Positions 10,634 to 22,718 of a stretch of DNA of 64,000 nt are shown here, piece after piece. Positions within the stretch are counted from its first letter, which is position 1. Every line of letters starts with the position of its first letter. Position numbers and translations under genes: made by a program. Source of the stretch: Heterodontus francisci (lineage: Eukaryota); assembly GCF_036365525.1 (NCBI RefSeq), contig NC_090379.1, positions 110,213,350 through 110,277,349 on the forward strand, read 5' to 3'. Under the pieces are notes generated by a model. It saw only the letters and a program-made list of their open reading frames with translations, was not told the origin of the DNA and searched no databases.

Positions 10634-13438
10634 CAGGGCTTTGAGATTGATAGAATCAAATGCACTGACAGATCAATAAAGGTCACGTAGAGCTCTTTGC
10701 AATGCTCCACACATTTTTCTTGAATTTGTTGAGCGACCCGGATAATGTCTGCGGTCCCCCTGGATGGTCAGAAATCACATTGGGTCTTTGTAAGGATGTC
10801 ATCGCAGACAGATAAGAGGCAGTTCAGGAGGATTCATGTGAGACATGCCTCTATAATGCCCACAAATCGATTTTTCACCCCTCTTAAAAAGTGACACAAT
10901 GATGGCACTATGAAAGTCGGAACGCAGTATCTCTTCTTCCCAGATTTTTGTCAAAAGGTCTGAGAGTTTGAGCAAGATTTCATGACCAACAGCTTTATAG
11001 ATCTCTGAAGGAATGTTGTCCTGACCACACACTTTGTTATTTTTCATCTGTTATATAGCCTTTAGTAACTCAGCAAATGTTGGCAGCATATATAAATTTG
11101 ATCCTCAAGCTGTTGAGGGATTATTTTAGTGGTTTGTCCAATTCTGTAGCCTTCCGATTGAGAAGGTTTGGGCAGTGCTCCTTCCAACGGTCTTGGATGG
11201 TTGCATCACCTTTGAGAAGAGTATTGCCATCTTCAGCTTGGATGGGGGGATGGACCATTTGTTTTTGGTCTGTAGATGGTCTTGGTGGCTGGAAGAAGCT
11301 GCACATTGTCGTATCTATCTGCGTAACACTGGATTTCATTGGCCTTCTCGACCCACCACTTATTCTTGATGTCATACGTCATTCTCTGAGCTTATGATTT
11401 GATTAGTAAATATTCTTCTCGTTTCTGTTGAGATCTAGGCTGATTTTGACATATAAAGAAGGCTTAGCATTTCTGATTGAGAAGTTTGTATATTTCTTTT
11501 TCTTCCTTGTAAGTCTGTGGTCTGTCCAGCAGTCATTTGCACCCCGCACGGCTCAGGTCAGAATGGTATCCTTCCTATCCTGGCTCAAATAATGACAGAG
11601 TCCAGGAGGTGCCAATGCTTGGATCAGCGATGTTGTCTTGCATTTATCTTTCTGCTGAAAGAGTGTGTTTGTGATGGTGAGCCCATGGTCAGTGCACTTG
11701 GCGAGGAGGAGGAGCCTTTTGATTTTCCCATTCCTACTTTCGCATTGGTGCCCTTCCAGATGGAGTAATTATGTCCAACTCTGGCACTAAAGTCTCCCCG
11801 TCTTGTTTTGAGACTGCTGCCAGAATAGAATCCAGATCTGCTTAAAAGAGCTCCTTGGTTTCGTCAGTAGAATCGAGAGTGGGAGCATAAACACTGATGA
11901 TTGTGGCTTACTGGTTGACACTAAGCTGAAGCCGTAGGCTCATGAGTGATTTATTAATGACAACTGGATGTTCCAAAAGTATATCTGTGATTCTATTTTT
12001 GATGTCAAACCTAACTCCCTGGATACGAATATCCTCCTCTGGTTTCCCTTTGCAGAAGAAAGTGTATCCTCCTCCTTCTTCTCTAAGCTGGCCTACTGCA
12101 GGGTTTCAATGACAACAGCAACATCGATGTTATATCTCATAAGCTCCCGAGAAATTATGGCAGTTCTCCTTTCAGGACATTAACTGTTTTGATTGTTAAT
12201 ACAGTCGTGCATGTTCCAGATACAGAAATACATGCGTTTTTTTGCTTGTGTGTCTTTTTGGCCACAAGGATCATGGTCCCACTGTGTGTGGTTCCCTGGT
12301 CAGGACAGTTTGGGACAGCCTATGTTTGTGGCATCTTTTCCAGCCCCTTTCTCAAGTGAGGTGAGCAGAGGGGATCCTCTGGATTGCTCAGTCATGGATC
12401 CTGCTGCTGAGGAGTTACTTCTATCCCAAATCCAAGAGCTCAGTGACCATCAGGCATCCACCACCTACTTGCAGATTTGTGACCAGAGACATCCAGGTTC
12501 ACAGCCCTGTGCCCGATGCCACTTGTCCATCGCCAGATGGCTTTTTGGTGTTCCTGGCAGAGGACTGTGTGTGTCATCTTTTAAAGTGAGGTACTCTGTG
12601 CACAGTTGACAATTGCGCAGTCTTGACGGGTTTACATTCTTTACCCAATGGCATGGCAAGCCATGATGACTGGAGAGTATCAGTCCCACTGCAGCCTTCA
12701 TCTGCCTCCACAGCCATTGATGTGAACACATGCCTCATTCATCTGCATGTTCCACCATTGAGGTCTTGAAACGCATGTTGTTATTGAGGTTCACAAATCT
12801 AGATACGCCCATATCAATGTAGCAGAGTCACCTCACTCAGGTTTTAGCTGGTACAGTCTTGGTGGAAAGACAATCAGTGAGCAGAGCCACTATCAATCCA
12901 CCTTCCTGGGAAGTGACAACCAATCCCAGTGGAAAGCCCAAGAAAAAGAAATATGGAATGCAGATACAGCAAGCAATTAGGAAATCAACTGGCATATTGG
13001 ATTTTATTTAAGGGGACTGGAGTATATGAATAAAGACTTCAAAAGGAAATTGGATGGCCATTTGAAGGAAATAGACTTGCAGGGCTATGGCAATTAAACG
13101 GGGGAGCGGGAATGAGTGACCTTCTCTGTCGTGAGCCAGCATGGACTCAATGGGCCAAATAGTCTCCTGCTGTGCTTTAAAAGACTCTATGACACTACGT
13201 CTTGTGACAATTGTACAAGGCTTTGGTGAGACCACACCTGGAATACTTAAGGAAGGATATACTTGCCTTGGAGGCAGTACAGCCAATGTCCACTGGATTG
13301 GTCCCTGGGATGAGAGGGTTATCCTGTAATGAGAGGCTGAGTAAATTGGGTCCATATTGCCTGGACTTTAGAAGAATGAGTGGTGATCTCATTGAAACAT
13401 ATATATTCTGAAGGGGCTTGGCAGGTAGTCAGAGAGGT

Positions 13439-16400
13439 CTCTTTTACCTTATTCACATTCATTGCTTTCTATTTCCCTCCTGGTGTTTGATAAAGTGTCT
13501 ACCAAAACTCGTTTTCACAGCCACATCTCCTTCCTCAGTGACTGTCTCTGGCTGCAACTTATTCCATGTGGATTCCAACTGAAGTTTCATCCTTCATGTT
13601 TTGAATCCACCCAGGATTACAGGTATCTCTGAGAAATACAATATTCCTCGGACTGCTGTTCTTGCTGCATCCTGAGATCCATACTCAGTGCCTTGCACCG
13701 CCACATGTACACATTGGACTTCTCTCTCCAGCAGCACCACCTCACCTTATCTCAAAGTTGTTCTGCTCCACAGTTTCTTTCCATCCTTCGACTTATCTGA
13801 CACATTCACAGAAAACTTTTTTCTTCCTTTCAGGTGTTAAGGAACACAAACTCCAGCAGCTGATGGGGACTAGTGCCCCTCCAGATCTTCCTTCCCCTTC
13901 ACTTCCCTCTGACCCCATCGCTTCTGATCTGACCCCTTGCCGTAAATTCAATATACCTTCTGACCTTCCCCTTGCTGATGCTGACCGTTCAGTACTCAGC
14001 AAAGGACTCAGTTTTATCCCCTGTCGCCCTCACCTCAATGAATTTCGCGCTCGGCATGACGTTGAGCTCTGCTTCCATCGCCTTCACCTCTGGGCTTACT
14101 TCTTTGACCAGGAGTCCTCCCCCCAACCAGCAGACCCATTCACTGGCCGCCAGCATTCTCCCTCCACCTGGACCCCTCCCTCTGGCCTCTTACCCACTCT
14201 TGATCTTTTCGCTGAAAACTGTTGGTGAGACATCGGCCATCTCAGTTTCTCTGCTCCCCTCACTCCCTCGAACCTGTCCCCCTCTGAACTTGCTGCACAC
14301 CGTTCTCTTAGGTCAAACCCCGAAATTGTGATCAAAACTGCAGACAAGGGTGGTTCTGTTGCTGTCTGGCGGACCGACTTCTACCTTGTGGAGGCTGAGC
14401 GTCAACTCTTAGACACTTCTTCCTACCTCCCCCTGGATCAAGACCCTACCACCGAACATCAAGCTACTATCCACAGGAATTCCACAGACATCATCTCCTC
14501 TAGAGATCTTCCCTGTACAGCTTCCAACCTCATAGTCCCACAAACCCGGACAGCCCACTTCTATCTCCTTCCTAAAATCCACAAACCGGACTGTCCTGGC
14601 AGACCCATCGTTTCAGCCTGTTCCTGCCCCACTGAACTTATTTCTTTCTATCTTGACTCTATCTTTTCTCCCCTGGTCCAGTCTCTTCCCACCTACATCC
14701 ATGACTATTCTGACGCCCTACGTCATTTTGACAATTTCCAGTTTCCTGGCCCCAACCGCCTCCTCTTCACTATGGTCTCAGGGCTCTCCACTTCTTCCTT
14801 GAACAGAGGCCCAACCAGTCCCCATCCACCACCACCCTCCTCCGCCTGGTTGAACTTGTTCTCACATTGAATAACTTCTTCTTTAACTCCACTCACTTCA
14901 TTCAAGTAAAAGGATTTGCTTTGGGTACCCGCATGGGTCCTATTAATGCCTGTCTTTTTTTGGGATATGTTGAACATTCCTTGTTCAGTCCTACTCAGGG
15001 CCCCTCCGCCAACTCTTTTTCCGGTACATTGATGATTGCATTGGTCCTGTTGCCTGCTCCTGCCACGAACTGGAAAACTTTATCAACTTTGATTCCAATT
15101 TCCACCCTTCTCTCACCTTTACATGGTCAATCTCCGACACTTCCCTTCCCTCATCGACTTCTCTGTCTCCATCTCCGGGGATAGGCTCTCTATTAATATT
15201 CATTATAAGCCCACCGACTCCCACAGCTACCTAGACTACACTCTTCACACCCTGCCTCCTGTAAGGACTTCATTCCTTTCTCCCAGTTTCTCCATCTCCG
15301 ACGCATCTGCTCTGGTGATGCAACTTTCCACAACAGCGTTTCTGATATGTCCTCCTTTTACCTCAGCCGAGGATTCCACCCCACTATGGCTGACAGGGCC
15401 CTCAACTGTGACCTGCCCATTTCCTACACTTCTGCCCTCACCCCTTCCCCTCCCTCCCAGAACCATGACAGGGTTCCCCTTGTCCTCACTTTCCACCCCA
15501 CCAGCCTCCATATCCATATCATCCTCTGCCATTTCCGCCATGTCCAGTGTGATGTCACTACTAAGCGCAACTTCCCCTTCCCTGTCAGCATTCCGAAGGG
15601 ATTGTTCCCTCTGTGACATCCTGGTCCACTCCTCCATTACCCCCAACACCTTGTCTCCTTCCCATGGCACCTTCCCATGCAATCGCAGGAGGTGTAATAC
15701 CTGCCCTTTTGCCCCCTGTCTTCTCACTATCCAAGGCCCCAAACACTTCTTTCAGTTGAAGCAGCGATTTACTTGTACTTCTTTCAAATTAGTATACTGT
15801 ATTCGCTGCTCACAATGCGGTCTCCTCTACATTGGGGACACCAATTGCTGATTGGGTGACTGCTTTGTGGAACACCTTCGCTCAGTCCAAAAACATGACC
15901 CCGAGCTTCCTGCCGCTTGCCATTTCAACACACTCCCCTGCTCTCATGCCCACATCTCTGTCCTGGACTTGCGGCAGTGTTCCAGTGAACATCAACGCAA
16001 GCTCGAGGAACAGCATCGCATTTACCGATTAGGTGCGCTACAGCCTGCCGGACTGAACATTGAGTTCAATAATTTCAGAGCATGACTGGCCCCTTTTTTT
16101 TTTAGTTTTCTCTTTTCTTCTTTATTATTTTGATTTTATTTTAGTTTGTTCAATCATTCACTTTTTACCATGTGCCTGACCACTGTTTGTTTTCATGTTT
16201 GTGCTTTTGCCAGGGCTGTTCATTATTCTGTCTTTTAACACCCTCTCTGCACTAACACATTCTCTTTCACGACACAATTAACACACCCTTTGCCTTTGCT
16301 CCATGACCTTCTGGTCAGTTATTCACTGTGACCATCTGTCATATCAACAACTTCCCTTTTGTTATATTTTGCCACACCCCCACTTTATTTGCTTAAACCC

Positions 16401-16550
16401 TATTACATTTCTAACCTTTGGCAGTTCTGATGAAAGATCACTGACCTGAAATGTTAACATTCTCCACAGATGCTGCCAGACCTGCTGAGTATTTCCAGCA
16501 ATTTTTGTTTTTATTTCAGATTTCCAGCATCTGCAGTATTTTGTTTTTAT
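13439..16550 (+). mobile_element. Penelope-like retroelement (RT + GIY-YIG), frameshifted, nested in a CR1 fragment
   Basis: IKTADKGG, FYLLPKIHKP, GTRMGP, RYIDDC, HYKPTDSH, VYCIRCSQCGLLYIGDT; 15-bp flanking repeat GGTAG(T/A)CAGAGAGGT at 13424-13438 and 16551-16565. Confidence 0.92.
16423..16458 (+). ncRNA. Degenerate minimal type I hammerhead ribozyme motif in the PLE 3' region
   Basis: AGTT-CTGATGA-A-AGATCA-C-TGACCT-GAAA-TGTT-AAC: both core boxes, helix II with one mismatch, short helix I. Confidence 0.55.
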
Positions 16551-16825
16551 GGTAGACAGAGAGGTTGTTTCCCTTGGCTGGGGAATCTAGAACATGGGAG
16601 AACAGTCTCAGGATAAGGATCATTTAGGATTGAGATAAGAAGAAATTGCCTCAATCAACGGATTGTGAATCTTTGGAATTCTCCTCCCTTGAGGGTTGTG
16701 GATGCTCCAACATTGAGTATATTTAAGACTGAGATAGACAGATGTTTGTTCTCCCAGGTATTCAAGGGATATGAGGAGCTGAGAGGGGGTGGGGGTGGGG
16801 GGGTAAGTAGAGTTGAAGCCAAAGC

Positions 16826-17750
16826 TGTTACTGACAGGTGATAAGAGGTGTGGGTAGTTCTGACGGTTCATCTTCCAACTGACCACAGCAAGTGCTTGTG
16901 TTACTAGGGTTTTAACGCCTTTGTGTTTTATTTGTCAAATAATCAGACAGAAACAGGTTTTCCTGTGGGTTCAAAACAAAAAAGTAACTATTTATTGAAC
17001 AATATTCATTCGCCAAATTGTTGCTAGCGCCCCCACCGATGCATTCTCTCTCTCTCTCACACACCCATACACAAACACAAAAAAGATAGGAAAAGGGGTA
17101 AGTGGTTTGAAGTGAGGGAAGTGTTCAGGGTTCATGGTAAAATTGTTGAATTTTCTTGGAGGTCAATTTCTCTTTTAAAGTTGTGGGCCTGGGTTGTTTC
17201 TAGATTTTTCTGATGGTTGAGATTTCAGTCTGGAGATGGTGGTCACTCGCAGTTCCCTACTGCAGCAAGTTGAAGGATAGAATTCATAGCAGGGCTCCTT
17301 CTTTGGCTTTTGATGGGTGTCACAGCTCCTGGCTGGACAAGCTTTTATGATGTTCTTCTGATTATCTTCTTCTCTCTCCAGAGAGCTACTTTTTAAGATA
17401 AAAGTCTCTCACATGTTGCCTCTGTTGGGAGTCACAGATCCCCCTCCCTATGTTGAATAACAATGGCCAGGATGTGATGACTTCACACATTCCTTGTTTC
17501 AGAAGAATATATTCAATTCAAAAATGTCTCTTGGTGGCTTTACGATGGGTGTAATTGACACCTCTTAGCTTGGAATGTATCCTTTTGCCCTTAACAGACA
17601 ATAAGACAGTTTGAAAATACAGGCAGGTTGTTTGATCTTCAGTGGCCATTTTGCAGGACATTGACAACTTTTTAAATGAAAAAGTAAATGTTTCGAACTC
17701 TTCAGTTTGGGTTCTGTATTTTCATCATTGCACTTCTTGTGACCGTGACA
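16826..17750 (-). mobile_element. Solo LTR (~925 bp) in a CR1 3' UTR
   Basis: TGT...ACA termini; related to the LTR-like sequences at 52980-54004 and 63084-63270; CR1 tail resumes after it. Confidence 0.65.
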
Positions 17751-17854
17751 AAACTGAACCATGATCATATTAAAAAGTGGAGCATTCGATGGGCAATATT
17801 GCCTACCCCTACTCCTATTTCTTTTGTCCTTCTGTTCTTGTGAAAGGTCGACAC

Positions 17855-18202
17855 AAAGAACAAAGAACAGTACAGCACAGGAACAGGCCATTCGGCCCTC
17901 CAAGCCTGCGCCGATCTTGATGCCTGCCGAAACTAACACCTTCTGTACTTCCGGGGCCCATATCCCTCTATTCCCTTCCTATTCATATGTTTGTCAAGAT
18001 GTCTCTTAAACGCCGCTATCGTATCTGCTTCCACCACCTCCCCTGGCAGCAACTTCCAGGCACTCACCACCCTCTGTGTAAAAAGCTTGCCTCGCACATC
18101 CCCTCTAAACTTTGCCCCTCGCACCTTAAACCTATGTCCCCTAGTAACTGACTCTTCCACCCTGGGAAAAAGCTTCTGTCCATGTCGCTCATAACTTTGT
18201 AA
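17855..18202 (-). mobile_element. CR1/HER1 3' fragment
   Basis: TRGHRFKVRGAKFRGDVRGKLFTQRVVSAW plus 3' tail. Confidence 0.85.
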
Positions 18203-18719
18203 ACCCTGAAACCCTGAAACGTTAAGTCTGTTTCTCTTTCCACAAATGCTGCCTGATCTGTTGCCAAGATTTTCTGATTTTATTATGGAAGATTATACTT
18301 CAGGCATCAGCAGTGTTTTCATCTACTTCCTTTAAATCCTGGGATGAAAACTGCCTAGTCCTAAGGATTTGTCAGTCTTTAGTGCCATTATTTTCTTCAT
18401 GACTGTTAATTTGCTTGCATTAATTTTGGTGAATCCCCATCCTTGATTCAATATTAGTTTCCTTCAGATGTCCTGCACGCTAACCTCTTCCTCTGTTGTA
18501 AATACTGATGCAAAGAAATTATTTAACCTATCTGTCATTTCTATATTTTCATTTATAATTTCATCATCATCAATTTTAAGATAAGGAGTCCACATTTCTC
18601 TTAACCACTCTCTTTTTCCAAATATAAATTTAAAACATTTTTGTGTTGATTTTGATATTCTTTGCAAGTTTCTTTTCCTACTCCCTTTTTGTAACTCTTA
18701 CTGATTGTTGTGTCCCTTC

Positions 18720-19930
18720 CAAATACTGAATGGGGATAGGAGGGGGCAGATGTATTTGGTGGTGGCAGCAAGCGTGTGCTGGCAGAAATTGCAGAGAATG
18801 ATCTGTTCAACGTGGAGGCTGGTGGGGAAACCTATCATGGTTCTGGAGGATTGAGGACAGAAGTGTGTGAAATGGGATGAAAATTGTAAAGGGCCTTAAT
18901 ATCCTTGGTGAATACAAATCCTCGGTGGAAGAAATCGAAAGGCTTAAGGTGTGGAAGTGGTATCATCAGAACTGAGGTGATGGACACAGAGGAACTGCTA
19001 GCATAGTTAAGGAAGTGGATTGGGAGCATGGAAATCAAGGTAGCTGTGGGAGTCAGTGATTTTGTTTCAATCTTGCATGGGATCTAGGCATCACTGGCAA
19101 GGCCAGCATTTGTTGCCCATCCCGAATTGTTCTTAACAACTGGGTGACTTGCCGAGCCATTTCAGAGGACTGTAAAAAGTCAACCACATTGCTGTGGGTC
19201 TGGAATCACATGTAGGCCAGATCAGGTAAGGACAGCAGATGTCCTTCACTACAGGACATTTGTGAACCAGATGTGGATTTACAACATTCGATGATAGTTT
19301 CATGGCATCATTAATGATACTAGTTTTCAATTCTATTAGTTAATCGAATTCCATGAATTAATCGAATTTAAATTCCACCAGTTGCCATGGTGGAATTTGA
19401 ATCTATGTCACCGGGGAATTATCCTGGGCCTCTGGATTCCTCATCCAGTGACATTACCACTATGCCACTGTCTCCCCGCATAGATATTGTCTGACGGCCT
19501 ATTACCTGAAATGAAGATAGAGAAGTTGCGGAAGGGAAGAGAAGAGTTGGTGATGGAGCTGGTTAAAGTGAGGCGTGGGTTCAAATTTTAATGCAAAGCT
19601 AATGAAACTGAAAAGTGTTAAATTGATGGAGAGATTCTGGTGAGACACAGATATAGGTTGGATGAGATTGGGCAGGGAGTGATAAACTATTCTCAAGATA
19701 GGAAGAAATAAGTTCGAGGTGACAAGAACAGGCTCATCCGATAGGTCTACCAGAGCAGCCCTGTTTGTGAACCTTGGAAAGGAAGGCAGGATGAGCAGAG
19801 TTGGGAGCTTTGAGCCCAGAGGCCAAAGTTGGAAAATCTCCAGAACAGATGAGGTCACTGATCGTCTGAGAATCAAAGTAGTTGCTGTGATCTGTTGCAG
19901 ACTTGTGTGGAGTGTAAACATGTGAAGAAG
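18720..19930 (-). mobile_element. Old Penelope-like remnant 3' of GPCR B, interrupted by another repeat at ~19070-19480
   Basis: Minus strand KVHKQGCSGRPIG*ACSCHLELISSYLE, matching the PLE RT at 14570-14660. Confidence 0.7.
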
Positions 19931-19970
19931 CCCTGTAACCAGAATCAGTGATAGAAAGGTAGCTCTGATT

Positions 19971-20890
19971 TTAGGTGATCTGCTTTAATTGTTTAACCAA
20001 TTTAACAATTGCAGTGAATGGATATTTGACTGCATTCTTCAGCTGCTCTCTGAATTTAGTCTGAGTCACTGCATAAATACAGGTGTTGGTGCAGGTGCTC
20101 AAAAGCTGCAGCATGTAGCCAGATTGTTCAGTGATGTATGCAGGATCATGGGGACCTGTGTAATAAGAAATGTCAGCAATTCGCCAATAAAGGAAATATA
20201 GAACAGTTGTCATCCATAACAGTATAAAACTGCTAGATATAGTGAAGAGTAAAATGATGGATTTCCTTCGGTTCTCCATCTCTGGGTCAGTGTGACTCTC
20301 ACTCTTGCTGTGATCCAGTAGTTTCCTGCGGACTCTGCTGGCCACTAAAATGTGTCTGACAGTCAGAGCATTGAGCAGTAAAATCAGAACGAATGGAAGG
20401 AAAGGGGTTAAAATAGTACTGAGGATTTGAAATGTTACCCAGGCAGCTTCGGTGTAAAAGCTCAGTGATTCAATTGTCCCCCAGGGTACATTGTCAATTA
20501 TATATTTAGGTTCATATATAAAGTACCAAGGAATATTTTTCAAACAGAACAACACACTCATTGTCATTACAATCGCAGCCACAGTTTCCTCTGTACAATA
20601 TCTATTTTTCAGATTCTGGCAACAAATAGCAACAAATCGATCAAAGGTGAAAGCAACGGTAAACCAGACAGAAATGTCTGTGGCTGCAGAAAGCAGGACA
20701 AGTACGAGAGAACGTCCAGGAGTGGTGTCCAGGTAAGTACCTGGGAAATGAAAATGAACAAATCCAAACAGTATCACATCAGTGAAGATGACCAGTAGAT
20801 CTGCCACTGCCATGGCCACCAGGTAGTGAGTGATACATTTGGAGAGTCCGCACTTTCCTCGTGACAGGATCAGAATGGCCACTGAGTTAA
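19971..20890 (-). CDS. GPR139-like: GPR139-like GPCR paralog B exon 2, duplicated copy lacking its native exon 1
   Basis: Open frame TM1(part)-TM7, DRF, NTCIY; TTCCAG acceptor at 20891; intron cut by the duplication junction at 22715. Confidence 0.8.
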
Positions 20891-22718
20891 CTGGAATAAG
20901 TGGAACAAAAAACAAGAGAATTTCATATAACCATCTCAGAGAACATGGGAATGTCATAGGAACATTAGACTTGGCCATTCAGCCCATCAAACTTGTTCTG
21001 CCATTCAATTAGATCATGACTGATCTGTACCTTAACGTCAATTAACTGCCTCGGTTCTGTAACCTGCAATACCCTCGTCTAACAAGAGTCTATCAGTCTC
21101 ATTTTTGAAAATTGGAATTGTCCAAGCTTTAACAGCATTTTGGGGGGCGAGTTCCTGATTTCCACGACCCCGTTTGTTGGAAAGTCCTTCCTGATATCAC
21201 CCCTGAATAGCCTCGCACTAATTTCAAGGTTACGTCCCCTTCTTCTGGACTCCCCCACGAGAAGAATTAGCTTCCATTTACCCAATCGAATCCTTTACAA
21301 AATTAAACATTTCACTTAGTTGACTCCTTAATCTTTGATATTCAAGGGAATACAAGCCTAGTCTTTGCAACCTGTGCTTATAATTTAAACCTTTCAGCAC
21401 AGCTATCAGTCTTATGATTCTGCGTTTCACCACATCCAATGCCAATATATCCTTCCTGAGGTGAGGAACCCAGAACTGAATACAGTTACTCCAAATGGGG
21501 TCTATCCAGAGCTCTGTACAGCTGTAATTTAACTTCTATCCCTTTGTATTCCAGCCAACCTAGAAATAAAGGATAGCATTCCATTAGGCATTTTATTTTG
21601 TTTTTCTATGTGTCCCCAAGCTTTTATTGATTGCTATGTTTGGACACCAAGTTTCTCTTCTGATCCACAGTTCTGAACTTGTCCCCATTTGAAACACTTT
21701 CAGCTATCTTTCTGAGGTTTGAGTTGAATGACCTCACACGTTGTCATGCTAAACTCCATCTGCCATAGTTTTGCTCTCTCACTCAAGCAATTAATCTCGT
21801 TTTAAAACATTCTGCTCCCATCTAACTTTGTATTGTCAGCAAACTTGCATATGCAATTCTCTATTCCATCATCAAACTTATTAATCGATGCAGTGAAAAT
21901 CTGAGACTCCCTAATGCACCATGTTAGTTACCTCCGCAAAAAGCTCAACCAGGTTAGATATGACTTTCCATTTACAAATCTAGTTCCAGAAAGGGATCCC
22001 AGAGAGCAAGGGAGTTACACATAGTGATCTGAGAGGCAGGAAATTACAGCTCGTGATACCGGAGAGCAAGGCAATTACTGCTAGGGATTGAAGAGAGCAT
22101 GGGATTTATGTATCACGATTCCAAAGACAGCGGTACACTCAGAAGAATTGTGTGGTTATTAAAAAAAGGACACTTGCATTTCTATAGCTCCATTCACAAC
22201 CTCAGGGCATCACAAAGTGCTTTAAAGCCAATGAAGTACTTTTTCTTTGAGGTGTAGTCGCTGTTATAATGTAGGAAACGCAACAGCCATTTTTCACACA
22301 GCAAGCGCCCATCATCAGCAATGTGATAATGACCAGGAATGCTTCGCAATATCAAGGCAATTGAAGCATTTATAGCTTGGTCAGCATCTTGTTCTGGAGA
22401 TGCATTTCAAAAATCAATAATTATTTTGGAACATAGTAAAGAAATGGTGGTGTGAATCTTAACAAATATCATAGTGCAAGGATCAGGGAAAGAACAGACT
22501 TGGATAACTGAAGAAGGTGAACTTCAGAATTAATTCAGATTTGCTGTTGTCACAGAGTTGAAAATGTGTGAGGGGAGCCAGAAGATGAGACGATGGAACA
22601 AGGGATGATGGTTGATAAACACTGGTTTTAAAATTAGACAAGTCCTGACAGCAGAAGAGGCACCACCCTGGTTGTTCAGTTATTTATAGGATAGGGCCAT
22701 TCCACCTGCTCAAAAGCC

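Larger units (their letters stand above)
9130..12800 (-). mobile_element. Decayed RTE-clade LINE (endonuclease + RT)
   Basis: Minus strand GDFSARVG, KHWHLLDS, MKNNKVCGQDNIPSEIYK, YLQYVDDC; many stops and frameshifts. Confidence 0.8.
3998..22715. repeat. Tandem segmental duplication, copy 1 (~18.72 kb)
   Basis: Nearly all ORFs recur at offset 18721-18722; only scattered substitutions and two small indels seen. Confidence 0.97.

Noticed and set aside
20891-20978. ORF-track N-termini (MAKSNV..., MLSEMA..., MFSLFIP) as the main receptor starts
   Set aside because: They differ among paralogs and overlap the acceptor tract; a conserved 73-nt exon 1 with a proper donor exists
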